A DNA stretch of 64,000 nucleotides, the filler included, from Alcyonidium flabelliforme (Eukaryota): assembly GCA_026167845.1 (NCBI GenBank). It is 42 parts of 42 records of this genome, joined end to end, with 100 filler letters (N's around TTAATTAATTAA, not from the genome) between each part and the next. Parts side by side here need not be neighbours in the genome. Positions count along the whole stretch, not along the records: positions 51,032 to 52,412 come from JAOQFJ010000158.1; positions 52,513 to 53,887 come from JAOQFJ010000159.1; positions 53,988 to 55,362 come from JAOQFJ010000160.1; positions 55,463 to 56,837 come from JAOQFJ010000161.1; positions 56,938 to 58,309 come from JAOQFJ010000162.1; positions 58,410 to 59,779 come from JAOQFJ010000163.1; positions 59,880 to 61,248 come from JAOQFJ010000164.1; positions 61,349 to 62,716 come from JAOQFJ010000165.1; 34 more parts are not named here. One strand, 5' to 3'. A program made the translations under genes and the position numbers. Below the pieces are notes generated by a model. The model was not told where the DNA came from and did no database searches. It saw nothing but the letters and a program-made list of their open reading frames with translations. Each line of letters starts with the position of its first letter. Position 1 is the first letter of the stretch. Of the stretch, positions 51,168-63,125 are shown in pieces.

Positions 51168-54100
51168 TTTATGTTTATTCTAAAACATATAAATTCTGTC
51201 ACTTTCAAACAGGTGTTGCTTCATTATCTCCATTTCATGTCTTACCAATAAGCATGACCCAGGGATAAGCTTAAAGGTGCTAGTCCACCACAGTCTGAAC
51301 TGGTGTTTGTGTATCGTGAAGAAAGTGGCTAATGACCATGCACACCCACAGACACTTGTAACATATTCTATATGTTATGGTAGCATCTTTTAGATGTTGC
51401 CCACCATAAAAATTACTAGTACCCATGTTTGTGAATGGGTTTTTGAAAGAGGTCCTAAATGTGTTTACCCATTTTTAAAATTTGACCCCTTTTCACTGAC
51501 TCAAAGAAATTTTAGATACTTTGAGAATATGTTTTTAACTCTTTTCACTGAGCGATTGTATACTACTTGTTATAATACTGCTGTAAGCACTGGAGTAGTA
51601 AGTGAATTTGCCTAGGTGTTTACTGTTTTTTCAAGTTACCCTTTTGTACATCGAAAAATGTAACCCTTATTGCAAAATGCACACATGAATGTGCATTAAT
51701 GTGTTTTGCTTTTAAAAATCACCCTTTTAATGTTTTGCTATTGGGTATCTTTTTATGCTAAATTCATTTAACACTTTTTCCCATGGAGTCTGTTTTTGCG
51801 AAGAAGTTGCACCATGTGTTACATATTTTCAATAAATGATTGTTTACTGCAGGTTACCACATACTTCCAGGATTTTGTTTATTGGTTTTGTCCTGAGGTG
51901 TTCTTATCTAAGATTTTTTTAATCATGGGTGTGCTTTGCAAGTAAATTTTACCATGAGATATATTTTTGGCATGCAGTTTTTACCATGGGTTAAGATTTT
52001 TTTACCTTGGGCCTCACACCCCCACTCGGACTTTCTCAGTATATATCTTGTTAACATTTGTTCAGATTTACAGTTCTCAAAGTAATAGCATTACTTATTT
52101 CCTACAGATCTGTTGTTACTATATTCCAAACTTATATTTTTCAGGAACATTCTGCAAGTGTGATGGTGCTATGTATTTCCAATCAAACCTGCCCTACTTT
52201 TATCGATAAAAGACTTATTTAAAATGTGCAGAGACAGCACTGTTTGAAGGACTAAATAATGACTTTGAAGGACTAAATAATGTATTAATATTGTCTTAAG
52301 CATTTGAAATCAGTATAATCACAGCTTTTTACCTTGGAGGAATTTTAAAGCTTCTACTCTGCTTGAAGGTTTAATGAATAATTTAGTTTCAACTCAGATT
52401 TTATAAACTTTTNNNNNNNNNNNNNNNNNNNNNNNNNNNNNNNNNNNNNNNNNNNNTTAATTAATTAANNNNNNNNNNNNNNNNNNNNNNNNNNNNNNNN
52501 NNNNNNNNNNNNTAAATAGTTTTTCTCATTCAACGCCAGAGTTCGCCAGTGTTGATTGTGTAGAAACAAAATTTCGATAGTGAGTTCTTATAATTAATAG
52601 ACCATTTGCATGCACTTGAGGGCGCTGCAGTCTAAACCCTTTTCCCAGAATTCTCTAGTTTCTTTTCATAACTATACAATTCGTGATTTTCAAACCGTGA
52701 TTTTAGGATACATATAAACGGAAAACATTTACATAAATCATAAAAAAAGATAAAAGAATAAATGATTTTGAATTGAAAATATAAATATAAATTGCAAGAA
52801 ATGGAGTTTTCTTATGACAAAAAAATAAGATAAATATTCGGTTTTGGCTTAGTATGTGAAGAAGCTGCTTAGCAACAGCAGACGATATCCAATTTCCGTG
52901 TTCCGTTTATGTACCAGTTATGTACCACAGAATAAATAGAATAATTAAGAAAAGGTAGATTTTTATTTCATTTATAGTAAACTACTGGACATATGTCTTC
53001 AGATAGGGCAGATTTATATTTTATCATCGAATGTGACACAAAATAAGAAATAATATCCTGCTAGTCATGGAACTGTTATCCGATATTACAAGGCAATAGC
53101 AGATAAATTATTTATTTTGCTTACATATTCCGTAATGTCTGTAAAGTATTTTTATCATAACATAAGGATGTAGACTCAGACATAAAACACTTTATCGTCG
53201 GGTAAACGCAGCTTCATATGCGTGAATAAGATCAGGGCCAGGGCGGGGATCACGATTATGTTATATGTTTCTGCTATAGCTGACTGTAGACCACCTGGTG
53301 GAATAGATAAAAATTGGACACAAAAATTGCACTTTAATTTTTTGGTAAGGCATCTTTCTTTGATAATTTCCCTTTTCAGAAAATTCCATTTTTTTACAGT
53401 ATTACCATAGTTCTCTGCAGTTAACAGTTTGAGTTAAAAGATAATGACACTATACATGCAAAATTTAGAAATCGTATGTGCATGTCTAGAAGTTCCATGG
53501 TTTTAAACTAGGCGTTTCCAGTAACTCAAATGAATGCTAGCAGTCTTTGCACATAGTTACTTTTAAACTAACACTGATACCTATTATTTTAGTTGTCATT
53601 CCTATTTATAACGCACACCTGTTTAGGCTTTGTTAATTCCAATATGATCTAAGCTATAATCTTTAAGTGAAGTGATCATGAAATGCAAATTTAAGTAAAA
53701 GATGTTAAAATTATTTAAAAAGTTATAAGGAATTCAAAGAGATTTTTTCAGGAGTTCTGGCGTGCAGTTGACAGACATTCCGCCACGGCACCTAATATAG
53801 TATTTTTTACAAAAAAAAATACAATAAGTAGTTAAATATTTATCGTTAGGGAAATCCAACATTTATTGCATATGCTTAATAATAATGNNNNNNNNNNNNN
53901 NNNNNNNNNNNNNNNNNNNNNNNNNNNNNNNTTAATTAATTAANNNNNNNNNNNNNNNNNNNNNNNNNNNNNNNNNNNNNNNNNNNNATAAATGTAAACA
54001 TTAAAAAGTGATGCATTTTCACGGACTTTTGTACTCCAACCTAAAGCGATGTATGTTCCTAAGTTGTTGTTTTTAATGTTTATAGAAAGAAAGAACCGAC

Positions 54101-54717
54101 CTGGACGATGAATTAACTGAATCAAGAAGACGTTTCTCCACACATTTAAACTCGAACGGAAAGACCGTAAGTCTTACGGATTTCACCCATTTTGCCTTAC
54201 TTACTTGCGTACACCTAAAATTGTACAGATTATCATAACAAAGTACCGTAAATACCAGCTGCAAGTGCCTTTTTGACGGAAATACCAGTTTCAAGTGGCT
54301 TTTTGATAGAAATATTAAGTTTCCTACAGTATATTGCATAGAAAACCGGACACAAGTTGCGCTAGACATAATGATGGCTACATCGCCCGCACAAAAAAGC
54401 GCACAAAAGGATGTCTAAACAATGCAACAACAATGGGTTAGTCGGCAGTATAAAATACAGAAGCTCTGTAAAGAAGGTCTTGGGACTTTTTTCGCCATCA
54501 ATATCTCTTAAAATAGTTATGTTGGGTTGCTGAAATTATCAGAGCATGTAAACAAAAATACTGTTGTTTATCTCCAGTAATTTCAGTGATTTGCGATAAA
54601 AAATGTTTGAGATATGAGCAATCAAAAACTGCTTTGAAGCCAATTTCGCAATTATAAACAATCACTGAAAGTTGCGCAAAACCGGTTTGCAAAAAATGCG
54701 AACGTGCTAGGCGTAAT

Positions 54718-55245
54718 CAGGGTACCCAGACTTCCGCAGTCGCGCACACCTTTTCCGTGTTCGTGCACAGATTTCTTCATTCGCACACACAATTCCTCAG
54801 TCACGCACCACCTATTCCACACACACACACACAATTCTTCAGTCGCGCACCATTTTTCTCCACTCGCGCACCAAATGTTCCAGTATCGCGGACAATATTC
54901 CTCATTCGCGCACAATATTCCGAAGTTACGGACAAACTTGTTGATCGCGCTGACCAATGAAATTCTCTGGTGACCACGTGCGAATATCATGTTGTGCCCA
55001 GGATTTTTGTCCGTGACTGCGGAATATTTTCCGCGATTTAGGAATATTGTCCATCGCATCGGAAAAAGTGGTGCGTGAATTGAGAATAAGCGTCCGTCAC
55101 ATGGGAATGGTGGTGCTCCCCCTGGGAATCAAGGTCCGCGATTAAAGAATAACGGTGCGCGACTAGAGAATCGTGTCGGCGAATTAGGAAATGCGTCCGC
55201 GAACGGGCCTAAGGTGACCGCGATATGGGAAGACTAGGTACCCTG
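54718..55245. mobile_element. MITE with CAGGG...CCCTG (hAT-like) ends and short subterminal repeats
   Basis: CAGGGTACCCAGACTTCC / GGAAGACTAGGTACCCTG; repeated CGCAC/ATTC motifs reverse orientation across the element; no target-site duplication seen. Confidence 0.6.
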
Positions 55246-55462
55246 TTAATAAGCAACTCAGTCATTTGCTCTTTATAAATATCACAACATGCAACCAGTT
55301 TCTAAAACAACTCAAGAAAAGTCCGACACGGTTTGAAGTTGGTGACGAAATAAATGGAAAGANNNNNNNNNNNNNNNNNNNNNNNNNNNNNNNNNNNNNN
55401 NNNNNNTTAATTAATTAANNNNNNNNNNNNNNNNNNNNNNNNNNNNNNNNNNNNNNNNNNNN

Positions 55463-56837
55463 GAGCCCTTGCCGACGTGCAATTTTTTTTTTATTTTTAA
55501 CTATTTTATCGGCTTCTCTGTTGATATAAATCAATTTTTTTTAAATCCACTTAATTACAACAATTTTTGGCGCAGAGTTCGCTGGTGCCGTTATAAGGCA
55601 ACCGTCTAGTTATTATTCTGCTTATTCCAGCCAATTTCAAATTGCTACTGCTCTCAAACAGTAAAAGATGGAGACATGATATTCAAAACCTGTAACGAGA
55701 TAGTCTACGAAAAAATTTTGATCATAATTTTTTTACCCATAATTCCCAATAATGGGGTCATTGAGTGCACAAGTTGATTTTCTTTAAAATGCTACTCCTT
55801 TGTCAATTTTTGAGTTGTGAAGTTGAAACTTGGGGTACATCACAACAATTAGATAAGCAATAAAAATAATATAAAATTAGGTCAATGGGTGCACTGGGGT
55901 CATCAAGTGCAAAATCTAGCTTCTTTGTTTTTTGAGCTAGAAAGCTGAAATTTTACACACTGGCTTCTACAGAGTTCCCTAATCCACCATCAAAATTTGG
56001 GGTCAATCGGTGCAAGTTGAATTTTTCATCGACAAGTTAAATATAAAACCATCTAAAATTCCCTATTCTTCATCTTGCCTGTGTGGTGTAGTGGTTACGA
56101 CTGTTGCCTAGAAATCCTAGGGTCCGCGGTTCGAGCCCTTGCCGACGTGCAAACTTTTTTTTATTTTAAATATTTTTATCGGCTTCTCTGTTGATATAAA
56201 TCAAAATGAAATTTTTTTAAATCCAATTGTGGATTTTTTTTAAAAAAAATCATGTTTTTTAATGACATTGACCAGTGATCATCGGTTGAGTAAACACACC
56301 GATTTATTTCCTCTAAAATTCACTACAAATCTCACAATACGATATATGCAAACAAACTCATGTTGACTGTCAATGTTTCGGTTAATATTAGCTGACCATC
56401 ATCAGGATTGTCATTCAAAAAAAAACTTCTTTGTTCTTTATTTTTTTATCTTACTTTTAAGTGCATCATTATCACCATCATCATCCTCATTACCATAATC
56501 AACATCATCGAAAAAATTACCTTTGGCGCAGAGTACGCTGTTGCACGGCAGATGCAACTGCCCCATGTCTAGTTTTTATTCTTATTCTTCTGGCAATTCT
56601 AAAATCCTTATATCTTTTTCCTTGAGACTCCTAGCCTCTTCATTTTTTCAACATGGTCTTTGATAGAGCATACAATTTTTTTGATCATATTTTTGTCTCC
56701 CACAATGCAACACAAAGGGGTCATTGAGTGCATTCGTCCAAATTCTTAAAAACGCTATTTTTCAAAAACCTTTTGAGATGGAGGGTTCCTACTTAGCATA
56801 AACATTGTTGACAGTAAGGCTCAAAAAGTTATCATAA
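55463..56837 (+). repeat. Complex repeat containing a tRNA-like/SINE head (about 56075-56150), partly repeated 670 bp upstream
   Basis: TGGTGTAGTGG A box and GGTTCGAGCCC B box; GAGCCCTTGCCGACGTGCAA at 55463 and 56133. Confidence 0.65.
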
Positions 56838-57520
56838 NNNNNNNNNNNNNNNNNNNNNNNNNNNNNNNNNNNNNNNNNNNNTTAATTAATTAANNNNNNN
56901 NNNNNNNNNNNNNNNNNNNNNNNNNNNNNNNNNNNNNCGTAAGAATCATGCTTATGGCATTAGGCAGCCAATTACAACCATCGCATGCTGGAAATAGATC
57001 TTTGACGCGTATTAATATGTCTTTTTTCTCTTTCTTTTTCTTTTTGCCCCTGGGCAGCTGTATGAACACTTCCATTTGAAAGTGGCTTTAATTTCGCACA
57101 AAGTGAGAGAAATCACAATTTAAAATTGTTATTTTTTATCAAAATTTGAGGGGATTATATCCAGGCCTAGAAGGTAACCCGGTTTTGAGTGTATTTTTAG
57201 CTAATTCCACCTGGTGGTCTGTGTTTAGAGTTCACAAAAAAGTTAATTGGTTAAGACTGCACGAAAAATCGGGAGTAGGCATGAGACATGATTATCTTTA
57301 TTTGTGACTGAACAGAATTTTCCGCGAAGAGTTAGTCTATTTACTAGAAGGCAAAATGTTACTATTGAGGTGGATGGGAAAGTTAATTGTATCCTTATGC
57401 CAATATGTGGGTGGACCGGATGTTAGTACCTACTCCAAATCAACATTTTAGTGAATTTGCAATGGCGGCACCCATAGTTATACCAACGTGAGACACAATG
57501 TGAGGGCAGTTTTGGATAGG

Positions 57521-57900
57521 ATGAGGCAGGAAATCCAGGCTAAAAGAGTTTTATCTGCAAATGGTGAGTGCTTTTTGTAGACAGGGTACAAAACAGCAGG
57601 TAAATCAAAAGTGCCTTATAGTGTAGTTAACCCGAGTCTTCCACATGTAGACAGGCGAGTCATTGGAGCTCATCGTATGGCCTACATATGTCAATATGCA
57701 CAATATTTTCCATTCCTGCTTCAGCACTCAGAGATCCACTGCTCACATTTGTGTCAGAATTCACTGTGCGTGAACCCTGCCCACATTAGCCTGGAACCTG
57801 CCTTCGTCAACAATAATAGGCAAGTCTGTAAAAATGCAGAACATTGTGGTGGTCATGACAGGTACCAGCCCTGTTTATTGCACTTGGTGGAGGTATCTTT
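57521..57900 (+). pseudogene. His-Me finger (I-PpoI-like His-Cys box) endonuclease with an internal stop
   Basis: NGECFL*TG (TAG at 57578-57580), AHRMAY, CSHLCQNSLCVNPAHISLEPAFVNNNRQVC....CGGH...QPC. Confidence 0.85.
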
Positions 57901-58409
57901 CCTATTTTCTGTTATTTCTGTCATGTCTATTGTCTGTGTGTCATCTGTTGTAAGCACTGCACTCATTGAACCCTGATATTTGTTGATTTATGAAATATCC
58001 ACAAAGTGGTCTCAAGTCAGTCATAGAAAAAGATTAAATTTGTCTTTTGCATTTTTACATGCATGCACACATGCATACATACATGTACATGCCTAAATAC
58101 ATTGCATTCTGACATGAAAATGTTCAGCACATGGTTAAAATGTAGTATTTTTCCTTGGCTGACTGGAGACCACCTGGTGGCAGAACTGTGAGTAGAACTA
58201 ACAGTATTTTCAATTTAATGTTTATAATGTAAAAATAAAACATGTTCCCAGCAGTTCATGAAACAAGAGTTATCTAAGCAGTTTTTCTATGATTGCAAAT
58301 AAAAACAGTNNNNNNNNNNNNNNNNNNNNNNNNNNNNNNNNNNNNNNNNNNNNTTAATTAATTAANNNNNNNNNNNNNNNNNNNNNNNNNNNNNNNNNNN
58401 NNNNNNNNN

Positions 58410-59779
58410 AAGTATCAACTCTAAAAGTATTTGTAATCATAAAACATTTGAAGGATTGTTTATCTTAAAAACATCTGAAAAAAAAAATTCAATTGCAAAT
58501 TTTTACAGACTTCCTTTAAACGAAGTAAGAAAATGTGATGATTTTTTATTTGATTTTTTCCTGTTGTATCTAAGCTTCGAAATGATAACAAAGAACTGTC
58601 TATTTTGGGTGACTTTAATATTAATTTACTTGCTATTAATAACCAATCTAAATTCTTGGATTTTTTTGATAACATGATACATTTAAATTTAATGCCAAAA
58701 ATTACTTTTCCCACTAAGTTTAATAATCAAAGTGCGACTTTCCTTGATCATATTTATTGTAAATACTCCCATTCAACTAGTGACACAATATCTGGTATTC
58801 TTATATCATCTTTATCTGATCATTGTCCCACATTTATTCTTATCAATGTTGATTGTGTTTTTCAGTCTAAACCACCAAAGTATATAACTAAGTCAAACTT
58901 TAATCGTGTAAATATACAACATTTCAAAAATGAGTTAGATAACTATCCATTTCATGAAATTTTAGATTTCTCTCTAAATGGTAATACTAATTCAAATTAT
59001 GAAAAATTCATTAATGTTGTTACTAATTTAAAGAATAAATGTTTTCCAATTAAAAAAGTAAGATTTAATAAATATCAACATAAACATAATGATTGGATTA
59101 CTTATGGGATTTTAAAATCAATTAGATATCGTGATAAGCTTTACAGACAAATGCTGAATACACCTAAAAATATACTGTTTTTTTCTGCCCTTGTTCAAAA
59201 TCTTAAAACTTTCAATAAAATTTTAAAGAATTTGATTAATGAAGCTAAAAAGATGTTTTATTTTGAAATGTTTAATAAATGTAAATCAGATATTAAGAAA
59301 ACCTGGCAAAATTCAATTCTACTCAATTCAAAAAAAGATTCTATTATTCCCAATTGTTTTATTAATGACACTAATAATGTCATAACAAATACACAAGAAA
59401 TTGCAGAGCAATTTAATAATTATTTTGTAAATATTGGCCCTAAACTTTCCTCAAATTTGGACTCTACTAATAAAAAACCCTTTGATGACTATCTTTTGAA
59501 TAAACCCACAACAAATTTTCAATTTCGAACTATTACTATTAAAATAATTGATGATATTATAAATAATCTGAAATCAAAAAACACGTGTGGTATTGATGAT
59601 GTATCTACTAAATTCATCAAAACTTTTAAAACGTCTTTAATAAAACCTATTACTAATCTCATTAACCAATCTCTTACTTCTGGTATATTTCCTGATTCTT
59701 TAAAAATCGCAAAAGTTTTACCAATTTATAAAAATAATAACTCTAATGATTTATGTAACTATCGCCCAATTTCTATCTT
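58410..59779 (+). pseudogene. CR1/L2-type non-LTR retrotransposon ORF2 fragment (endonuclease end to RT start)
   Basis: GDFNINLL, LDHIY, SDHCP, WITYGILKSIRYRDKLY, FNNYFVNIG, FPDSLKIAKVLPIYK, NYRPIS; frameshifted 5' part; related to 17542-19008. Confidence 0.92.
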
Positions 59780-60133
59780 NNNNNNNNNNNNNNNNNNNNN
59801 NNNNNNNNNNNNNNNNNNNNNNNTTAATTAATTAANNNNNNNNNNNNNNNNNNNNNNNNNNNNNNNNNNNNNNNNNNNNATATTGGGATGATATATATCT
59901 ATTTTTTATTGATGATGTAACATATTCATAGTTACTACTCAACAAGAAAGGAAATTAAAAAAAACAAAAAAAAAGCGACACAACATAGATAGTACATTTC
60001 TATCGATAATATACAACAAGAAAAGAGAAGTTGAATGATACAATAACTTAAGCAAAAGGGTAAGTTAAAAAAAAACAAAAAAAACAACAACAACAAACAC
60101 AACTCCGTATATAAAAATATAATATATTTGCAA

Positions 60134-60820
60134 TTAACATACACAAAGTTGTCCAATCTCTAACACCCTACAACAAAACAAACATACACTTCGTTTGTGT
60201 AAGGCACAGTGCAAGTCCTCTATCATTTGTTGTTTACAAAAGGGAGTGCATCTATTGGGAAATAATGTTTCAGACACTACTTGTCTTATGTTGTCAGCCT
60301 CAGGATCAATCCCTAGATGACGTGAAACTCGGATTGGAGATTTGTCATTTTCTCCGGTACTTCCGACACTGTACAGTGACGTACGTGAACCCGTAAATCG
60401 GGACGAAACAATTTCACTTCTCCAACAACTACTGTCAGTGTCAGAGTCAGAGAGTTGATTCATACTAATTTGATAACTGTCTAGAGGAATTGGGGATGCT
60501 GTTCTGGGATGTACGCTTCCACTTCTCCAGCAACTACTGTCAGAGTCAGGACCAGAGAATTGTTCTATACTATTTTGAGAATTGTCTATAGTAGGGGTTG
60601 ATGTTCTCGGATGATGCTGGAGATCTTCATCGTCAATTGGAGATAATGATGACGACGACGACAGCACTATCACCTCCACCTCTTGTTTGTTATTTGCATT
60701 ATTAATCTCAGAGTTCTTCTCTTCATCGCTATCCATACAGACTATATCATCAGATGTTTCACTTTTGACAGAGTTCACGCTGAAAACAAACAAAATAATA
60801 TCATCAATTGTATCATACAC
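60134..60820 (-). CDS. Hypothetical Ser/Asp-rich protein with a C-terminal Cys/His cluster
   Basis: 228-codon ORF; duplicated PRT(S/A)(T/S/P)...DSSCWRS motif; C..FC...HCALH...CLFCC...CVC. Confidence 0.45.
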   Translation of the reverse strand: MYDTIDDIILFVFSVNSVKSETSDDIVCMDSDEEKNSEINNANNKQEVEVIVLSSSSSLSPIDDEDLQHHPRTSTPTIDNSQNSIEQFSGPDSDSSCWRSGSVHPRTASPIPLDSYQISMNQLSDSDTDSSCWRSEIVSSRFTGSRTSLYSVGSTGENDKSPIRVSRHLGIDPEADNIRQVVSETLFPNRCTPFCKQQMIEDLHCALHKRSVCLFCCRVLEIGQLCVC

Positions 60821-61519
60821 ATTTGAACTTGTTTTGTTATATCAACTGTGTTCTAATACCAACGACGGTTGTTCTATCACCGACAACATGCAAGTTAGCA
60901 TCACCCTTAACATTGGAAAAAACAAACAAACAACAAAATAAAAGAAAGTGCGCTGTAATTTGAGAATCTGTCGTTGGTGTTGTAAGACCAAAAGAAAAAA
61001 AACAAAAAAAACAAACGGTGATTCCAACACCGACAACAAGATAATGACAATGTTATCATTATGATGTTTTTGAAAAAATCCGTCGTTGGTGCTGTAAGTC
61101 CAAAAGAAAATACAAAACAAACGACAGTTCTTACACCGACGACGACGGTCAAGATAGTGTCAATCTTATTATTATGATGTTGTTTCAAAACTCGTCGTTG
61201 GTGTTGTAAGACCAACGACGATACTTCTAACACCGACGACATGCAAGTNNNNNNNNNNNNNNNNNNNNNNNNNNNNNNNNNNNNNNNNNNNNTTAATTAA
61301 TTAANNNNNNNNNNNNNNNNNNNNNNNNNNNNNNNNNNNNNNNNNNNNTAATAATTTTATAGTATAATTTATATAAAAAATATGTTGCGTGGGAAGGCAA
61401 TTCATTCAGAATAAATTACACAGATATCAAAATATAAACATTTGAAACTGTTTAATGAGATCATTCCAAATTTTAAAATCATTATATAGGCTTCCATTGT
61501 TCTATGGTAGATTAATTTT

Positions 61520-61995
61520 AAGTCAGTTAAAGATTAGATTAGTTTTTGGCCAGATCAATATTAAAAAACGAAGTATCAGCGCAGTAATGTAGAGTTCCAT
61601 ATCAACGTTTCGATTTATTAACCATAAATCATCATCAGGATATAATACATGAAGTATACATGTTTAAATTTTCAAGTCAACTGTCAATGTCAATGTCCAT
61701 CATAGAAATGAGTACAGGAAACAGTCATAACAAATCACCATAGCTGTAGAGGTATACTGCTGAGTTGGGTATTCAAGATTGAATGGTCCAACTGAGCTTC
61801 CTTGATACATAATGATTCCTTAATGTAAAGCTTTTCTTTGTTATTCTCAGTAGCTAGTATATTCACACATGTGGCTGCATGCTGATTTTCACTACAATGT
61901 CTGTAGACATTACTCTTTTCAGATGTATTGTGTTCAGCTATGTGTTCATTGAGTCTTCTCCGTGTAAGTCCATATAGAACGCGGGACAATTGTTA
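61520..61995 (-). mobile_element. Penelope-like element 3' end (decayed GIY-YIG, pseudo-LTR, truncated ORF restart)
   Basis: CNNCPAFY(frameshift)GLTRRRLNEHIAEH...SNVYRH...KESLCI...LNTQ; downstream MELYITALILRFLILIWP. Confidence 0.85.
61599..61643 (-). ncRNA. Minimal type I hammerhead ribozyme, canonical core
   Basis: ATATC-CTGATGA-T-GATTTAT-GGTTA-ATAAATC-GAA-ACGT-T-GATAT. Confidence 0.92.
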
Positions 61996-62390
61996 CAATA
62001 CTCAACATCCGACTTAAGTCACTCTAGCGAAAGGAGACGCGAATGCGCGGAAAGTCGTCTGTTTATGTGGACAAAGTCCGGGGGTAGGTACCTTGTGGAA
62101 TGATATTTCTTTCAACCACGGATACTTCGCCAAGTTCTTCAACTTCCCGCTGTCGACATATACACCCATTGGCACAACAGTGGTAGTTGGCTTGCATTGA
62201 GACACGTGGATTTCTCAGAATTCGATGCCAAATAAACCGCCGAAAAACCTCCCTTTACTTTCAATCATACAACTCAGAGGGCGCAACTATTTGTCCACAT
62301 CGCATCCGGGACCCTCCACATCCTGTCACGTGTGAACGCGCATTCGCATCTCCTTTCGCTAGAGTGAATTAAGTCGAATGTTGAGTATTG
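61996..62390. mobile_element. MITE with about 54-bp TIRs abutting the GIY-YIG remnant; a relative lies at about 4555-4650
   Basis: CAATACTCAACATCCGACTTAAGTCACTCTAGCGAAAGGAGACGCGAATGCGCG / CGCGCATTCGCATCTCCTTTCGCTAGAGTGAATTAAGTCGAATGTTGAGTATTG. Confidence 0.88.
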
Positions 62391-62427
62391 GTCCGCACTC
62401 ATCAAATTGAGTATTATGCCAATCTAC

Positions 62428-62625
62428 AGGCCATCCAAGGCCTAGCTAGGCCATCCAAGGCCTGGCGAGCAGAGCATAGGGATGAAACAGAGTTTTTTCT
62501 ATTTCATGCTCGCCAAACTCTACCCAGCGGCTACAGCGGGACTCGAACCAGCAACCTCAGGAGATGAAAGCGAGGCTTGAAGAGAAATGCTGACGTCCTT
62601 GTCCACTGCGCCACCGGGCCACCCC
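62428..62625 (-). mobile_element. tRNA-derived SINE
   Basis: A box TGGCGCAGTGG, B box GGTTCGAGTCC; tail AGGCCTTGGATGGCCT x2. Confidence 0.7.
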
Positions 62626-63125
62626 TGTGATGATCACAACAATATTTTTGATTTGCCTTTCATTTTTTTTCTTGAGTTTTGACATGTGTCGACTGTCTGG
62701 TTGTGTGTTGAAGATGNNNNNNNNNNNNNNNNNNNNNNNNNNNNNNNNNNNNNNNNNNNNTTAATTAATTAANNNNNNNNNNNNNNNNNNNNNNNNNNNN
62801 NNNNNNNNNNNNNNNNGCATCTTAATATGTAGACTATACTATTTATTCTATGTAAGACAAATTTAAATATATATCTTTGATAAAATACCCAGAATATTTG
62901 TGTATTTGAGACATCGCAAAGTGATCTTTTACAGGAGACCACAGTTTGGTATTCACCCTATAAGGGTATGTGTTTAAGACAAGTTCCTGACGTAATTTCT
63001 TATAAATTTATATAAATACAAATTATATATTTATTATATATCACAATGTGAAGTGAGAGATTACGAATTAATTCGTAATATATATTTTTTTTATTTTTTT
63101 TTATTTTTTATTTGTTTGCCTTATG

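Noticed and set aside
56075..56150. Functional nuclear tRNA gene
   Set aside because: A and B boxes are present but the acceptor stem pairs poorly, and it lies within a repeat; treated as SINE-like.
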